The position numbers and the translations under genes are program-made. Below, piece by piece: positions 1-9,246 of a stretch of DNA of 64,000 bases; the stretch's first letter is position 1; every line of letters begins with the position of its first letter. Under the pieces are notes generated by a model, which worked only from the letters and a program-made list of their open reading frames with translations, had not been told where the DNA came from and did no database searches. The DNA comes from Candidatus Latescibacterota bacterium (GTDB taxonomy: Bacteria; Latescibacterota; UBA2968), in assembly GCA_965207885.1 (NCBI GenBank), contig OZ242311.1:4224001-4288000 (forward strand). The letters are read 5' to 3'.

Positions 1-229
1 CATGCAGGAATTTCACAATGGCGCGACTTTTTCTGCATCGTACTACGATTACGAAACCGATCAAATCGAAACATTCAGAGGACGGGTGCGACTGCAACCC
101 TATTATTTTGTCATAAAAAACAAAGCAGTACTTTCGGGCTTACAGGCAACGGTCTGTCCAGCAGACAAAAAAATATTGCACGGAATGGTGGATGCAGTAG
201 TAGTACCTGGCGCAATTAAAGATACTTAA
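1..229 (+). CDS. C-terminal part of a conserved hypothetical protein (truncated by window edge)
   Basis: Open frame from the edge. The GRVRLQPYYFV...ATVCPADKKILHGM segment looks like a conserved C-terminus. Stop lies 11 nt before larE. Confidence 0.55.
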   Translation, partial: MQEFHNGATFSASYYDYETDQIETFRGRVRLQPYYFVIKNKAVLSGLQATVCPADKKILHGMVDAVVVPGAIKDT

Positions 230-240
230 AGGTAAAAAAC

Positions 241-1062
241 ATGACACTTGATGAAAAACTCGCACAGCTAAATGCTTTGCTCAAAGACATGGGCAGTGTG
301 GTCGTGGCATTTTCGGGCGGAGTTGACAGCGCGTTTTTGGCCGCGGCAGCACATCGGATTCTGGGCGACCGCGCGCTGGCAGTAACCGCAGTCTCCGCGA
401 GTTATGCGTCTGGCGAACTCGAAAAGGCTCAAACACTGGCCGAGCAAATTGGCATTCAACTCGACATTGTCTATACCCGGGAAATGGAAAACCCCGACTA
501 CGTAAAAAACGATCCCGATCGGTGTTTTCACTGCAAAAGCGCGCTGGCCGATAAGCTGGACGAAGTAATCGAACACTATACAGACCAATTTGAGTATTTA
601 CTTTACGGCGCGATAGCCGACGATGTAGGTGACTATCGCCCGGGTATGGCTGCCGCTGAATCCCGGGGTATTCGCGCGCCGATGGTCGAATTGGGATTCA
701 CCAAAGACGATGTCAGAACATTGTCAAAGCGATGGCACCTGCCCACCTGGGACATGCCCGCATCTGCGTGTTTATCTTCTCGAATACCCTATGGCACAGC
801 CGTCACAGAGGAAGCATTGCGTAAAATTGACCGCGCCGAGCAATTTTTGAAAGCGCACGGATTTGTGCAAGTGCGCGTTCGGCACCACGAAGATATTGCC
901 CGAATAGAAGTTCCACCTGAAGATCTGGCGCGTTTTTTTCAGGATGGTACAAACGAGGCTGTGGCCCAGGCACTGAAAAATATCGGGTATCGCTATGTAA
1001 CTCTGGATCTTCAGGGCTATCGCACGGGCAGTTTGAATGAAGCGTTATTGTTGATTCGCTGA
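241..1062 (+). CDS. larE: LarE-family ATP-dependent sulfur transferase (PP-loop)
   Basis: PP-loop AFSGGVDS, RCFHCK, DYRPG, SACLSSRIPYG, C-terminal GYRTGSLN. Confidence 0.9.
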   Translation: MTLDEKLAQLNALLKDMGSVVVAFSGGVDSAFLAAAAHRILGDRALAVTAVSASYASGELEKAQTLAEQIGIQLDIVYTREMENPDYVKNDPDRCFHCKSALADKLDEVIEHYTDQFEYLLYGAIADDVGDYRPGMAAAESRGIRAPMVELGFTKDDVRTLSKRWHLPTWDMPASACLSSRIPYGTAVTEEALRKIDRAEQFLKAHGFVQVRVRHHEDIARIEVPPEDLARFFQDGTNEAVAQALKNIGYRYVTLDLQGYRTGSLNEALLLIR

Positions 1063-1067
1063 TAAAT

Positions 1068-1610
1068 ATGGCCTTACTCGAAATAAAAAAATTCGGTTGT
1101 CCAACGCTGCGAAAAAAGGCGACACCTATCCGCGATATAACCGATGATGTGCGGCAGCTTGTTGCGGACATGTTCGAAACAATGTATGAGGCCGAAGGCG
1201 TTGGCCTTGCGGCGCAACAGGTGGGCTTTACAGGGCGACTTCTGGTAATGGATGTTCGCCCGCGCGATCCCATGTCGGAACCCCTGGTATTCATCAACCC
1301 GGAAATTTTATGGGCAGAAGGCGAATGTATTGGCGAAGAAGGGTGTCTGAGCCTGCCGGAAATTGTCGGAGATGTCAAACGTCCGGCACAGGTGCGAGTG
1401 CGCGCGCTCAACGAAAATGGAAGTGTATTTGAGATGACACTGGAAGGCATTGCCGCCAAAGCTCTTCAGCACGAAATTGATCACCTAAATGGCGTACTAA
1501 TCCTCGAACATTTCAATGCGATCAAGCGCAATTTATTGCGCGGACAATTGCGCAAACTACAGCGCGAAGGCAAAACACAGGCATCGAAATTGACGTACGT
1601 ATCGCACTGA
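1068..1610 (+). CDS. def: Peptide deformylase
   Basis: GVGLAAQQVG, EGCLS and QHEIDHLNG motifs. Confidence 0.97.
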   Translation: MALLEIKKFGCPTLRKKATPIRDITDDVRQLVADMFETMYEAEGVGLAAQQVGFTGRLLVMDVRPRDPMSEPLVFINPEILWAEGECIGEEGCLSLPEIVGDVKRPAQVRVRALNENGSVFEMTLEGIAAKALQHEIDHLNGVLILEHFNAIKRNLLRGQLRKLQREGKTQASKLTYVSH

Positions 1611-1623
1611 CAACCGACTATCT

Positions 1624-2445
1624 ATGGCATCTTATATTGATTTGCATCTGCATTCGACGCAATCGGATGGCACATTCTCTCCAATGCAGGTTGTTCAGCG
1701 AGCAGCCGAATTGAGATTATCGGCCATCAGTCTGACGGATCACGATTCGGTTGCTGGCGTGCAAGAGGCTCAGAATGTCGGTCAGAACATCGGTGTGGAA
1801 GTAATTCCCGGCATCGAATTGAGCGCGCAGGAAGCCGGCATAGACATCCACATCCTGGGCTATTTTATCGACCCTGTAAATTCGGATTTACTGGCGTATT
1901 TACAGAAATTTCAAGATGCGCGACACAATCGCGCTAAAAAAATAGTGGCTCGACTCAATCGCCTGGGCGTGCGGATCACGATGGCGCATGTATTACTCAA
2001 AGCGGGCGATGCTGCTATCGGGCGCCCCCATGTGGCGGACGTGCTGGTCGAAGAGGGTTTTGTATTTTCACACGATCACGCATTCCAAAAATATCTGGGA
2101 TATGGAAAACCCGCGTACCAACCCAAATTTGTATTGACGCCGAGCGAAGCGGTAGAAGTTATTCACGCGGCTGGTGGATTGGCCAGCCTGGCACATCCCG
2201 TTTTGTACCGCCGCGATGCTCTCATTCCCAACCTGATCAAACAGGGATTGGACGGTATAGAAGTGATGCATGTCAAACACGCCCACGCAGATGTGCGTCG
2301 CTATTCGGATATGGCAAAACACTATGGCCTCCTCTCAACTGGCGGATCAGATTGCCACGGCGATGGTCGCGGTCAAGCCGTAATGGGAACCGTTCGGGTT
2401 CCTTCGGCATTTTTGGATGCAATGAAGGAAAAATTGGCGCAGTAG
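1624..2445 (+). CDS. PHP-domain phosphoesterase (YciV/TrpH-like)
   Basis: DLHLHSTQSDG, LTDHD, IGRPHVA, GGSDCHG. Confidence 0.9.
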   Translation: MASYIDLHLHSTQSDGTFSPMQVVQRAAELRLSAISLTDHDSVAGVQEAQNVGQNIGVEVIPGIELSAQEAGIDIHILGYFIDPVNSDLLAYLQKFQDARHNRAKKIVARLNRLGVRITMAHVLLKAGDAAIGRPHVADVLVEEGFVFSHDHAFQKYLGYGKPAYQPKFVLTPSEAVEVIHAAGGLASLAHPVLYRRDALIPNLIKQGLDGIEVMHVKHAHADVRRYSDMAKHYGLLSTGGSDCHGDGRGQAVMGTVRVPSAFLDAMKEKLAQ

Positions 2446-2484
2446 AGGCGACGTCTATGTGCCGGCCCACTCCGTATTTTAGAT

Positions 2485-3462
2485 ATGAATGACATTCCAT
2501 TCTTGGACAAAAACCGGGCAGATCAGTATTTTCTAAATACCTTCGAGGTACTCAAAGCCGAAAGCCGCAATCCATCGGTGGTTATGGAGGTATTTCCCAA
2601 TGCCGATGGTCTCTTGTGCGGCATCCGAGAGGTCCTGGATATTTTGCGCCAGATATTGCCCGAAAATACAGAGATCTGGTCGCTGGAGGAAGGATCGGCA
2701 ATGGCGCGCAAAGAAGTGGTATTGCGCCTTCACGCAGATTATCGCGCCATCGGAATTTTTGAAACGGCTTTATTGGGCACGCTCGCTCACGGCAGCGGTT
2801 GGGCCACTGCGGCGCGCGCCTGTGTGGAAGCCGCGGGAGAGATACCCGTGATCAGTTTTGGCGCGCGGCACGTACATCCCGCTGTATCAGACCGCATGGA
2901 ATACGCCGCATTAATCGGGGGCTGTGCGAGCTGTGCAACACCGGCAGGCGCAGCCCTATCCGATCAAAAAGCATCGGGCACCATGCCACACGCTCTGATG
3001 TTGATTTACGGCGATACAGTAGCTGCCGCCCGGGCTTTTGATACCCACATGCCAGATTCCGTGCGACGTGTTATACTGGTAGATACATTTCGAGACGAAG
3101 CCGAAGAAAGCGTGCGCGTCGCGCGTGCAATGGCCGGACGATTGTGGGGAGTCCGCCTGGATACACCCTCGGAATTGGGTGGGGTTACACCCGATCTGGT
3201 CTGGCGCGTGCGCAGGGCATTGGACGATGCGGGCTTTGACCAGGTGGGGATTTTTGTAAGTGGCGGGTTAACGCCCGAGCGGATTTCAGAATTTGTGCGG
3301 CTGAAGTGTCCGATTGTCGGTTTTGGCGTGGGCAGTGCAATCAGCGGCGCATCCCCGATTGATTTTACAGCAGACATTAAGCAAATCGATGGCAAACCCA
3401 TCGCCAAACGCGGTCGCAAACCGGGTATTCAGGACAATCCTCGGCTTCGAAAAAAGAAGTAG
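2485..3462 (+). CDS. pncB: Nicotinate phosphoribosyltransferase (short type)
   Basis: SFGARHVHP, GTMPHAL, LVDTF, GVRLDTPS, SGG, FGVGS, AKRGR. Confidence 0.85.
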   Translation: MNDIPFLDKNRADQYFLNTFEVLKAESRNPSVVMEVFPNADGLLCGIREVLDILRQILPENTEIWSLEEGSAMARKEVVLRLHADYRAIGIFETALLGTLAHGSGWATAARACVEAAGEIPVISFGARHVHPAVSDRMEYAALIGGCASCATPAGAALSDQKASGTMPHALMLIYGDTVAAARAFDTHMPDSVRRVILVDTFRDEAEESVRVARAMAGRLWGVRLDTPSELGGVTPDLVWRVRRALDDAGFDQVGIFVSGGLTPERISEFVRLKCPIVGFGVGSAISGASPIDFTADIKQIDGKPIAKRGRKPGIQDNPRLRKKK

Positions 3463-3500
3463 CGGTTCGTGTTATGGTGTCCCTCTATGTGGAGTGGAAA

Positions 3501-3746
3501 TTGAATATCAAAGTACTCTTTTTTGCATCTTGTCGCGACTTGATTGGCACTGGTGAGCGGGCAATGACACTACCAGATGGTGCGACAGTAACGGATTTGA
3601 TATCAAAGCTCGCAATGGAACAGGCGCGATTTACAGACATGGCACCGAGTTTGATGGTATCGGTCAATCAGGCGTATGTGGAACGGGATGCGGAACTCCA
3701 AGATGGCGATGAGATAGCATTCATTCCCCCTGTAAGTGGTGGATAG
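3501..3746 (+). CDS. moaD: Molybdopterin converting factor small subunit (sulfur carrier)
   Basis: VLFFA start, C-terminal IPPVSGG; TTG start after GGAG. Confidence 0.9.
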   Translation: MNIKVLFFASCRDLIGTGERAMTLPDGATVTDLISKLAMEQARFTDMAPSLMVSVNQAYVERDAELQDGDEIAFIPPVSGG

Positions 3747-3790
3747 GAGCAGGACCTGTGCCCGCCCTTCCGCCGTTAGAGGAAATTATT

Positions 3791-4234
3791 ATGGCTGGCG
3801 ATGTGTATAAAATTCAGGACAAAGAGATAAAACCAGATGCGTTATACAATGCGGTGCTGGCAAATTCGGACGGCGCTGTAACCACATTTGCGGGCGTGGT
3901 GCGAGACAATACAAAAGGGCGCGGAACCTCTTACCTGGTCTATGATGCGTATAGAGACATGGCCGAAAAGAAAATGCGTGAAATTGGAGATGAGGTAAAA
4001 GAAAAATGGGAGGTGGATTGCGTGGGAATATTGCACCGCGTGGGACGGTTGGAAATTGGGGAAATCAGCGTGCTAATCGCGATTTCTTCCCCACATCGCA
4101 AAGCGTCTTTGGAAGCGTGTCACTACGCGATTGATCGGTTAAAACAGACCGTACCGATTTGGAAAAAAGAAGTTTGGACAGACGGAGGTGAAGCCTGGAT
4201 CGAGGGCGACCCATCTGCCTCGGTGTCGAGATGA
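3791..4234 (+). CDS. moaE: Molybdopterin synthase catalytic subunit
   Basis: GAVTTFAGVVRD, HRVGRLEIGE, SPHRK, VPIWKKE. Confidence 0.95.
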   Translation: MAGDVYKIQDKEIKPDALYNAVLANSDGAVTTFAGVVRDNTKGRGTSYLVYDAYRDMAEKKMREIGDEVKEKWEVDCVGILHRVGRLEIGEISVLIAISSPHRKASLEACHYAIDRLKQTVPIWKKEVWTDGGEAWIEGDPSASVSR

Positions 4235-4256
4235 GAGTCAGTAAAAAAGTAACGCG

Positions 4257-4291
4257 AACCGCAGGACTGAGAACGTCCTGCGGTTTTTTTT
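4257..4291. terminator. Intrinsic terminator between convergent genes
   Basis: AACCGCAGGAC-7nt-GTCCTGCGGTT followed by a T run. Confidence 0.8.
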
Positions 4292-5732
4292 ATACTTTTT
4301 GCAATGCGGCGTGAAAAGTCCAGAGACGCCATTGGGCATTGTCGAAATTTGAGAGTTTGATCCGTATTTCCGAAGATCCAACTGGAAGGTCACATGGAAT
4401 ATGGTCAATGGCGAACCCATTCTCATGTTCCCCCGCGTGGATCTCCTCGCCATTGACCCACACGCGAATCCAATCGTCGTAACCGATGGCAAGGGTGTAC
4501 GCCTCTGCTTCGGACAGAGTAATTTGTCCCACCGCATAAGCCGAGACATTGGCGGGTTGGGTGCCCACATTGGTGCGTTTGCGACCTCGAAGGTGCCGCG
4601 TGAAATCGCACCAACCCCGCTCTGAATCCGCGTGAATAGGCATAGAAAATATGGTGGGCGCATTCTCACCCATGTAGATGTCAAAATCAGCGGTATGGGC
4701 ATCGGGCCAATCCGCGACAGATTTCTCGGCCCATTCGGACCGATTGAAATCTTCGCGTGTATTGCAGGGAAAAGGCCCGGCGATTTGCCATTGAGTTGGA
4801 GTGAGAATAGCCGGGGATTCGGCGGGATTGACATAGGCGTAAATAACGCTTTCAAGATCATTCCCGCGGGAGCCAAAACGAATAATAGCCGAATGATCAA
4901 ACCATATTGGATCGGGACCAAAAAAGCGGTACATCACCCCTTCGTAACCAGAGCCACCCGCCGTGTGTCCAGTACTCCGATGGATATGCGGCGCGCCGAC
5001 CCAGTCGGTTTGTGCCTTCCATATCCCAAAGCTCATATTGAAAATATCCTCGCCGCCAATGCCGCGCAGGGCGTGAGGATCGCTTTCACCATCGAGCAAC
5101 CACAGGTCTCCCCCGGTATGATACCAGCCATCAGCGCGATCTCTTACCACCACACCCTTGATCATGCCCGCGATGAATCCACTACCCGAATAGTCGGCCA
5201 TCAGCATACTACCCAGCGATTGAGCGGGATATTCGCCCCGGTGCGTGACGTGAAGGCGCAATGGAGTTAATTCGGTATTGTCATACGACGACCAATCGGC
5301 CATGAACCAGAGCGAAATGGCGCGACCACTATTATTCGTGATTTCGAGACGCAGCGATTTGAAAGGGACGGGCAAATAACAATTGAGCGCGTTTTTGGGA
5401 AGGATTTTGATGGCCGCACTATCAATGGGATAAATATCGTGTTCAAAGAGAATGGCAAAAAAACGAGCGATGGGGAGATCGACAGTGGGATCGTCCTCCC
5501 CATCGCAATAGAGGCGGAGTTGCAAATCGTGGATGGGATCGCGCGCATCGCCTTCGCGCTTATACCCATAAGTGAGCCACCAGTGATGGATACACCCTGG
5601 ACCTTCTTCATCAAAGAGAACTGCCGTTTCGCCAGAAGCCACATTGGGACGACGGGTAACGCGCTGACTTTTGCCGCGAATGGGCAATTCGAGCTCTGCG
5701 TGAAAAAGGCGATTCATCAATGGAATATTCAA
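4290..5732 (-). CDS. DUF2961 (GH172-like) protein with C-terminal PA14-like segment
   Basis: GPGCIHHWWLT, NCYLPVPF, GIGGEDIF, MYRFFGPDPIWF; C-terminal GYDDWIRVWVNG. Confidence 0.7.
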   Translation of the reverse strand: MNIPLMNRLFHAELELPIRGKSQRVTRRPNVASGETAVLFDEEGPGCIHHWWLTYGYKREGDARDPIHDLQLRLYCDGEDDPTVDLPIARFFAILFEHDIYPIDSAAIKILPKNALNCYLPVPFKSLRLEITNNSGRAISLWFMADWSSYDNTELTPLRLHVTHRGEYPAQSLGSMLMADYSGSGFIAGMIKGVVVRDRADGWYHTGGDLWLLDGESDPHALRGIGGEDIFNMSFGIWKAQTDWVGAPHIHRSTGHTAGGSGYEGVMYRFFGPDPIWFDHSAIIRFGSRGNDLESVIYAYVNPAESPAILTPTQWQIAGPFPCNTREDFNRSEWAEKSVADWPDAHTADFDIYMGENAPTIFSMPIHADSERGWCDFTRHLRGRKRTNVGTQPANVSAYAVGQITLSEAEAYTLAIGYDDWIRVWVNGEEIHAGEHENGFAIDHIPCDLPVGSSEIRIKLSNFDNAQWRLWTFHAALQKV

Positions 5733-5865
5733 TCTGATTTTTTGTGTTCAGAAGAAATAACAATAAAACCAATGACGAACAAAGTCACTATAAATGTCAT
5801 AAACAGCATCATTCCAACAGGCATTGTGTGCCTCCTTTTGGCTTAATGAATTGTAAAAAATCCTC

Positions 5866-7590
5866 TTATGCTGTAAAGAAAGCGACGACGGTCCAGCAGA
5901 TTGCTGCCATGCCAGCGGCAATGGAGGCTTGTGGAATTTGCGTTTTGACGTGATCCATCAGATCGCAACCCGTACACATAGAACTGAGAACCGTAGTATC
6001 TGAAATGGGCGAGCACTGATCGCCGTAAACGCTACCGTCTATAACGGCGGCAAAACACAGCGTCATAAAAAGTTCGGGATGTGAAAGACCATTTGCACCC
6101 GCAACCGCCCAGGCCAGTGGCATAGCCAGTGGGAAAGCAACTGCATACGTGCCCCAACTCGTACCTGTGGAAAAGGCAATCGCCATAGTGAGAATTTGAA
6201 GCAAGACCGGCAAAATGAAATATGGAATGGTATCTCCGAGTTGCTCCACCAAAAAGATGCCTCCGCCCGTTTCCTTGCTGATACCGCCAATAGTGATGGC
6301 GAGCAAGAGAATAACCGAGCCGAGCACCACGCCTTTGAGACCATCGTGAAAACCCGCGACAATGTCTTTGAGCGACATGCCCTTGGCAAGAGCCATACCC
6401 ACGGCTATCAGAAGCGCGATGCCAAAAGCCCATTGCACATTGGGAGACCCGCTGGTAATAAAAGTCCCGATAGCAATGGCGATAAGCGCGCCCAGAGGCA
6501 GGAAAAATTCGAGGACATGCGGCGTGTAGCCTTCGGGCACATTGCTTCCCTGCAATTCTTTAGCACTCAAAGGATCGGCATCGTCGGCGTCGAGTTGCCC
6601 GGTCTCTCGAGAACGCTGCATAGCTTCCTTGAGTTGCTTGCCCAAAAAGAGGGGTTTTTCAATACTGAGCAGGAACGTGCCCAACACGGCGAAAATCGCG
6701 TAAAAGCAGAACGGGACACTTTTAAAAAAGAAGAGAAGGCGGTCGGCTTCAGTAGCTAAAAAACTGACGCCAGCGACAAAGATAAAAGCCTGAACATAGC
6801 CGGGCCAAGCGTTGAAAGCGAGTTGTGAGGCAATCGGTGAAGCAGTCGAATCGACGATGTACGCAAGTTCTTCGTGGCTAATTTTTTCCTCGTCGGCAAT
6901 GGGTTTGACAGTTGTTCCGACCAGCACGGTGCTGACAGTGCCGCCCTGAAAGAAAATAACACCGAGCATCCAGGCGACGAGCTTGGCACTTTTGGGACCG
7001 CGAACAAAACGCACAGTCATAAACTCGGCAAAAGCTTGCGCTGCACCCGTGCGCGACCATATCCCCATAAGCCCGCCCAGGAGCCACAAATAGAGCAATA
7101 AGATACTCGCGGCATTTGTCGTTGATAATGAGGGAATTAAAACCTCGCCCGTAAAGTCATAGCGAGTCAAAATAAGCGCGCCCGAAATAATACCGCCCAA
7201 AAGAGCTGTAACGGGTTCTTTGGTAATCCAGCACAAGAGCACGGCCACCACCGCGGGCAGCAGTGACCAGTAGCCCCAGTGGTGTTTTGCGAGGAGTTGA
7301 TAATATTTTGTTTCTCCATCCTCTACCGATGAGACAAATTCCTCTTTGATGGGAGGCGTTTCGCTGGATCCGTGTATTCTCGAGGGGTTGAGCTGCGCTT
7401 GCTCAAGCGGCACCGCATCGAAATAGGCAGGTTTTCCTCTGTAGGTGTAATACAGATTGCCGCTATCGTCTGTGAGGACGTCTAAGGTGATTTGTTCAAC
7501 GGTCCATGTAGGCGGCACAGTTGACCCTACAATCCACGACACGATTATGGCGATGGCAAAAATGACAAAATTGCGAATACCTGTAGGCAT
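5866..7590 (-). CDS. Na+/H+ antiporter NhaC-family membrane protein
   Basis: [43 protein letters not shown]; ATG at 7590 after GGAGG-like SD. Confidence 0.85.
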   Translation of the reverse strand: MPTGIRNFVIFAIAIIVSWIVGSTVPPTWTVEQITLDVLTDDSGNLYYTYRGKPAYFDAVPLEQAQLNPSRIHGSSETPPIKEEFVSSVEDGETKYYQLLAKHHWGYWSLLPAVVAVLLCWITKEPVTALLGGIISGALILTRYDFTGEVLIPSLSTTNAASILLLYLWLLGGLMGIWSRTGAAQAFAEFMTVRFVRGPKSAKLVAWMLGVIFFQGGTVSTVLVGTTVKPIADEEKISHEELAYIVDSTASPIASQLAFNAWPGYVQAFIFVAGVSFLATEADRLLFFFKSVPFCFYAIFAVLGTFLLSIEKPLFLGKQLKEAMQRSRETGQLDADDADPLSAKELQGSNVPEGYTPHVLEFFLPLGALIAIAIGTFITSGSPNVQWAFGIALLIAVGMALAKGMSLKDIVAGFHDGLKGVVLGSVILLLAITIGGISKETGGGIFLVEQLGDTIPYFILPVLLQILTMAIAFSTGTSWGTYAVAFPLAMPLAWAVAGANGLSHPELFMTLCFAAVIDGSVYGDQCSPISDTTVLSSMCTGCDLMDHVKTQIPQASIAAGMAAICWTVVAFFTA

Positions 7591-7711
7591 ATACTTCCTC
7601 CAGAGTAAGGGTCTAAAAACACGGGGAGAAGGTGTCCAAAAATAAGGCGGTAAAATGCACTTGTCAATTGCTTTGGCGCGGGATGAGCATGGGAAATCGG
7701 GATAAAACAAG

Positions 7712-7739
7712 TTGACTTTGTGCATAAGTTTGTTACATT
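7712..7739 (+). promoter_or_regulatory. Sigma70-type promoter with a DnaA-box-like site in the spacer
   Basis: TTGACT-16-TACATT with TG extension; TGTGCATAA at 7719-7727. Confidence 0.45.
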
Positions 7740-7842
7740 ATCTTCAAATTTATTCCCTGGCCATGATCACCCCTATTTATGGCCGAAAGGGTTGTGTGCA
7801 TGGCGAGATTTTTTTAACGACGCCGGTGGAGAGGAGGGTTTT

Positions 7843-8034
7843 ATGGAGCAAGCGTTTCCACAGTGTTTGAAGTGCAACACGGGTATTTTGCTACCGCTGT
7901 CGGATTATGGGCGCGATGGGGCATCTATCATGTACAAAGCATGGGTATGCAACAATCCCAACTGCGGATTTAATTTGCGGATTGACAACGGTGAAATTAG
8001 CACGGGCCGGGATATTACCGAGTCCTACAAGTAG
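7843..8034 (+). CDS. Small zinc-ribbon-like protein (63 aa)
   Basis: Strong SD GAGGAGG; CLKC...CNNPNC; followed by a terminator. Confidence 0.7.
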   Translation: MEQAFPQCLKCNTGILLPLSDYGRDGASIMYKAWVCNNPNCGFNLRIDNGEISTGRDITESYK

Positions 8035-8039
8035 AGCTG

Positions 8040-8079
8040 CCATTTCGGCGGGGAATACCTCGCCGAAATGGTTGTTTTT
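8040..8079 (+). terminator. Intrinsic terminator
   Basis: CCATTTCGGCG/CGCCGAAATGG stem plus T-rich tail. Confidence 0.7.
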
Positions 8080-8194
8080 CCCCTTACCGGTTTGCCGTTT
8101 CACCTTCTCCAAAAAGGGCGGCACCGGTTTCTTTCTTTTTTCCCTTCGTATGCCGATACACTCCCCTTAATTTCCCAACAACTGATACATACTT

Positions 8195-9244
8195 ATGAGC
8201 ATTTCTGATCGGCCCATTTTAGGTATTGAAACATCCTGCGACGAAACTGCCGCTGCCGTGGTAGCTGATGGGCATATCTATTCCAACGCGATTTTTTCCC
8301 AAACAGAACACAGTCTCTACGGCGGCGTGGTACCCGAACTGGCATCTCGCAACCACATACGAACACTCCTGCCCGTCGTCGATCAAGCACTTTTAGAAGC
8401 CGACCTGAAACTGGGCGATTTAGGTGGTATCGCTGTGACACAGGGACCCGGCCTGGTCGGCTCCCTGCTGGTGGGCATTTCCGTGAGCAAAGGGCTTGCA
8501 CTGGGTTCGGGGCTACCCCTTGTGGGTGTGCATCACATTGAAGGCCATTTATTTGCAGGCAGTATGGCGCATCCCGACCTGGTGCCACCTTTTATGGCAC
8601 TGGTGGCTTCAGGAGGACACACGGAATTGATTTATGTCTGTGCGTGGGGCAATTACGAGCGCTGGGGACGCACGCGCGACGATGCCGCAGGTGAAGCATT
8701 TGATAAAGTGGCTAAAATACTGGGGCTATTGCGCGAAGGCGAGGTCACCATGGGCGGACCGCGCATTTCAATGCTTGCCGAAGAGGGAAACCCCAATGCG
8801 TTTGATTTTCCGCGTGCATTGATCAACGATCCGGGATTTGATTTTAGTTTTAGTGGGCTAAAAACCTCTGTACTCTATCGGATTCACGATTTCCCTGTGG
8901 AGGATATTAAAGCTATTCGAGCGAATATTGCGGCGAGTTTTCAGGCGGCTGTGGTCGATGTGCTCGTGGATAAGACACTCAAAGCGGCACGGGAAGTAGG
9001 TGCAGAACGAGTATTGCTTTCGGGTGGTGTAGCCGCCAATCGCGCGCTGCGGGCACAACTCGCCGACGGGGCGTCCAAACTCGGGATGGGTGTGTTTTAT
9101 CCGCCCACGCTCTTGTGCACGGACAATGCGGCGATGATTGCCGGCGCAGGTGCTTTTCGATTGGCGCGAGGTGAAGTTGCCGGAGGCAATTTGAATGCGG
9201 CCCCACGGTTGCCGCTGCCTGGACTGCGCGAGCGGCAGGTATAA
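8195..9244 (+). CDS. tsaD: tRNA t6A37 threonylcarbamoyltransferase
   Basis: LGIETSCDET, GGVVPELASR, HHIEGH, SGGHT, DDAAGEAFDK, TDNAAMIA. Confidence 0.97.
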   Translation: MSISDRPILGIETSCDETAAAVVADGHIYSNAIFSQTEHSLYGGVVPELASRNHIRTLLPVVDQALLEADLKLGDLGGIAVTQGPGLVGSLLVGISVSKGLALGSGLPLVGVHHIEGHLFAGSMAHPDLVPPFMALVASGGHTELIYVCAWGNYERWGRTRDDAAGEAFDKVAKILGLLREGEVTMGGPRISMLAEEGNPNAFDFPRALINDPGFDFSFSGLKTSVLYRIHDFPVEDIKAIRANIAASFQAAVVDVLVDKTLKAAREVGAERVLLSGGVAANRALRAQLADGASKLGMGVFYPPTLLCTDNAAMIAGAGAFRLARGEVAGGNLNAAPRLPLPGLRERQV

Positions 9245-9246
9245 CA

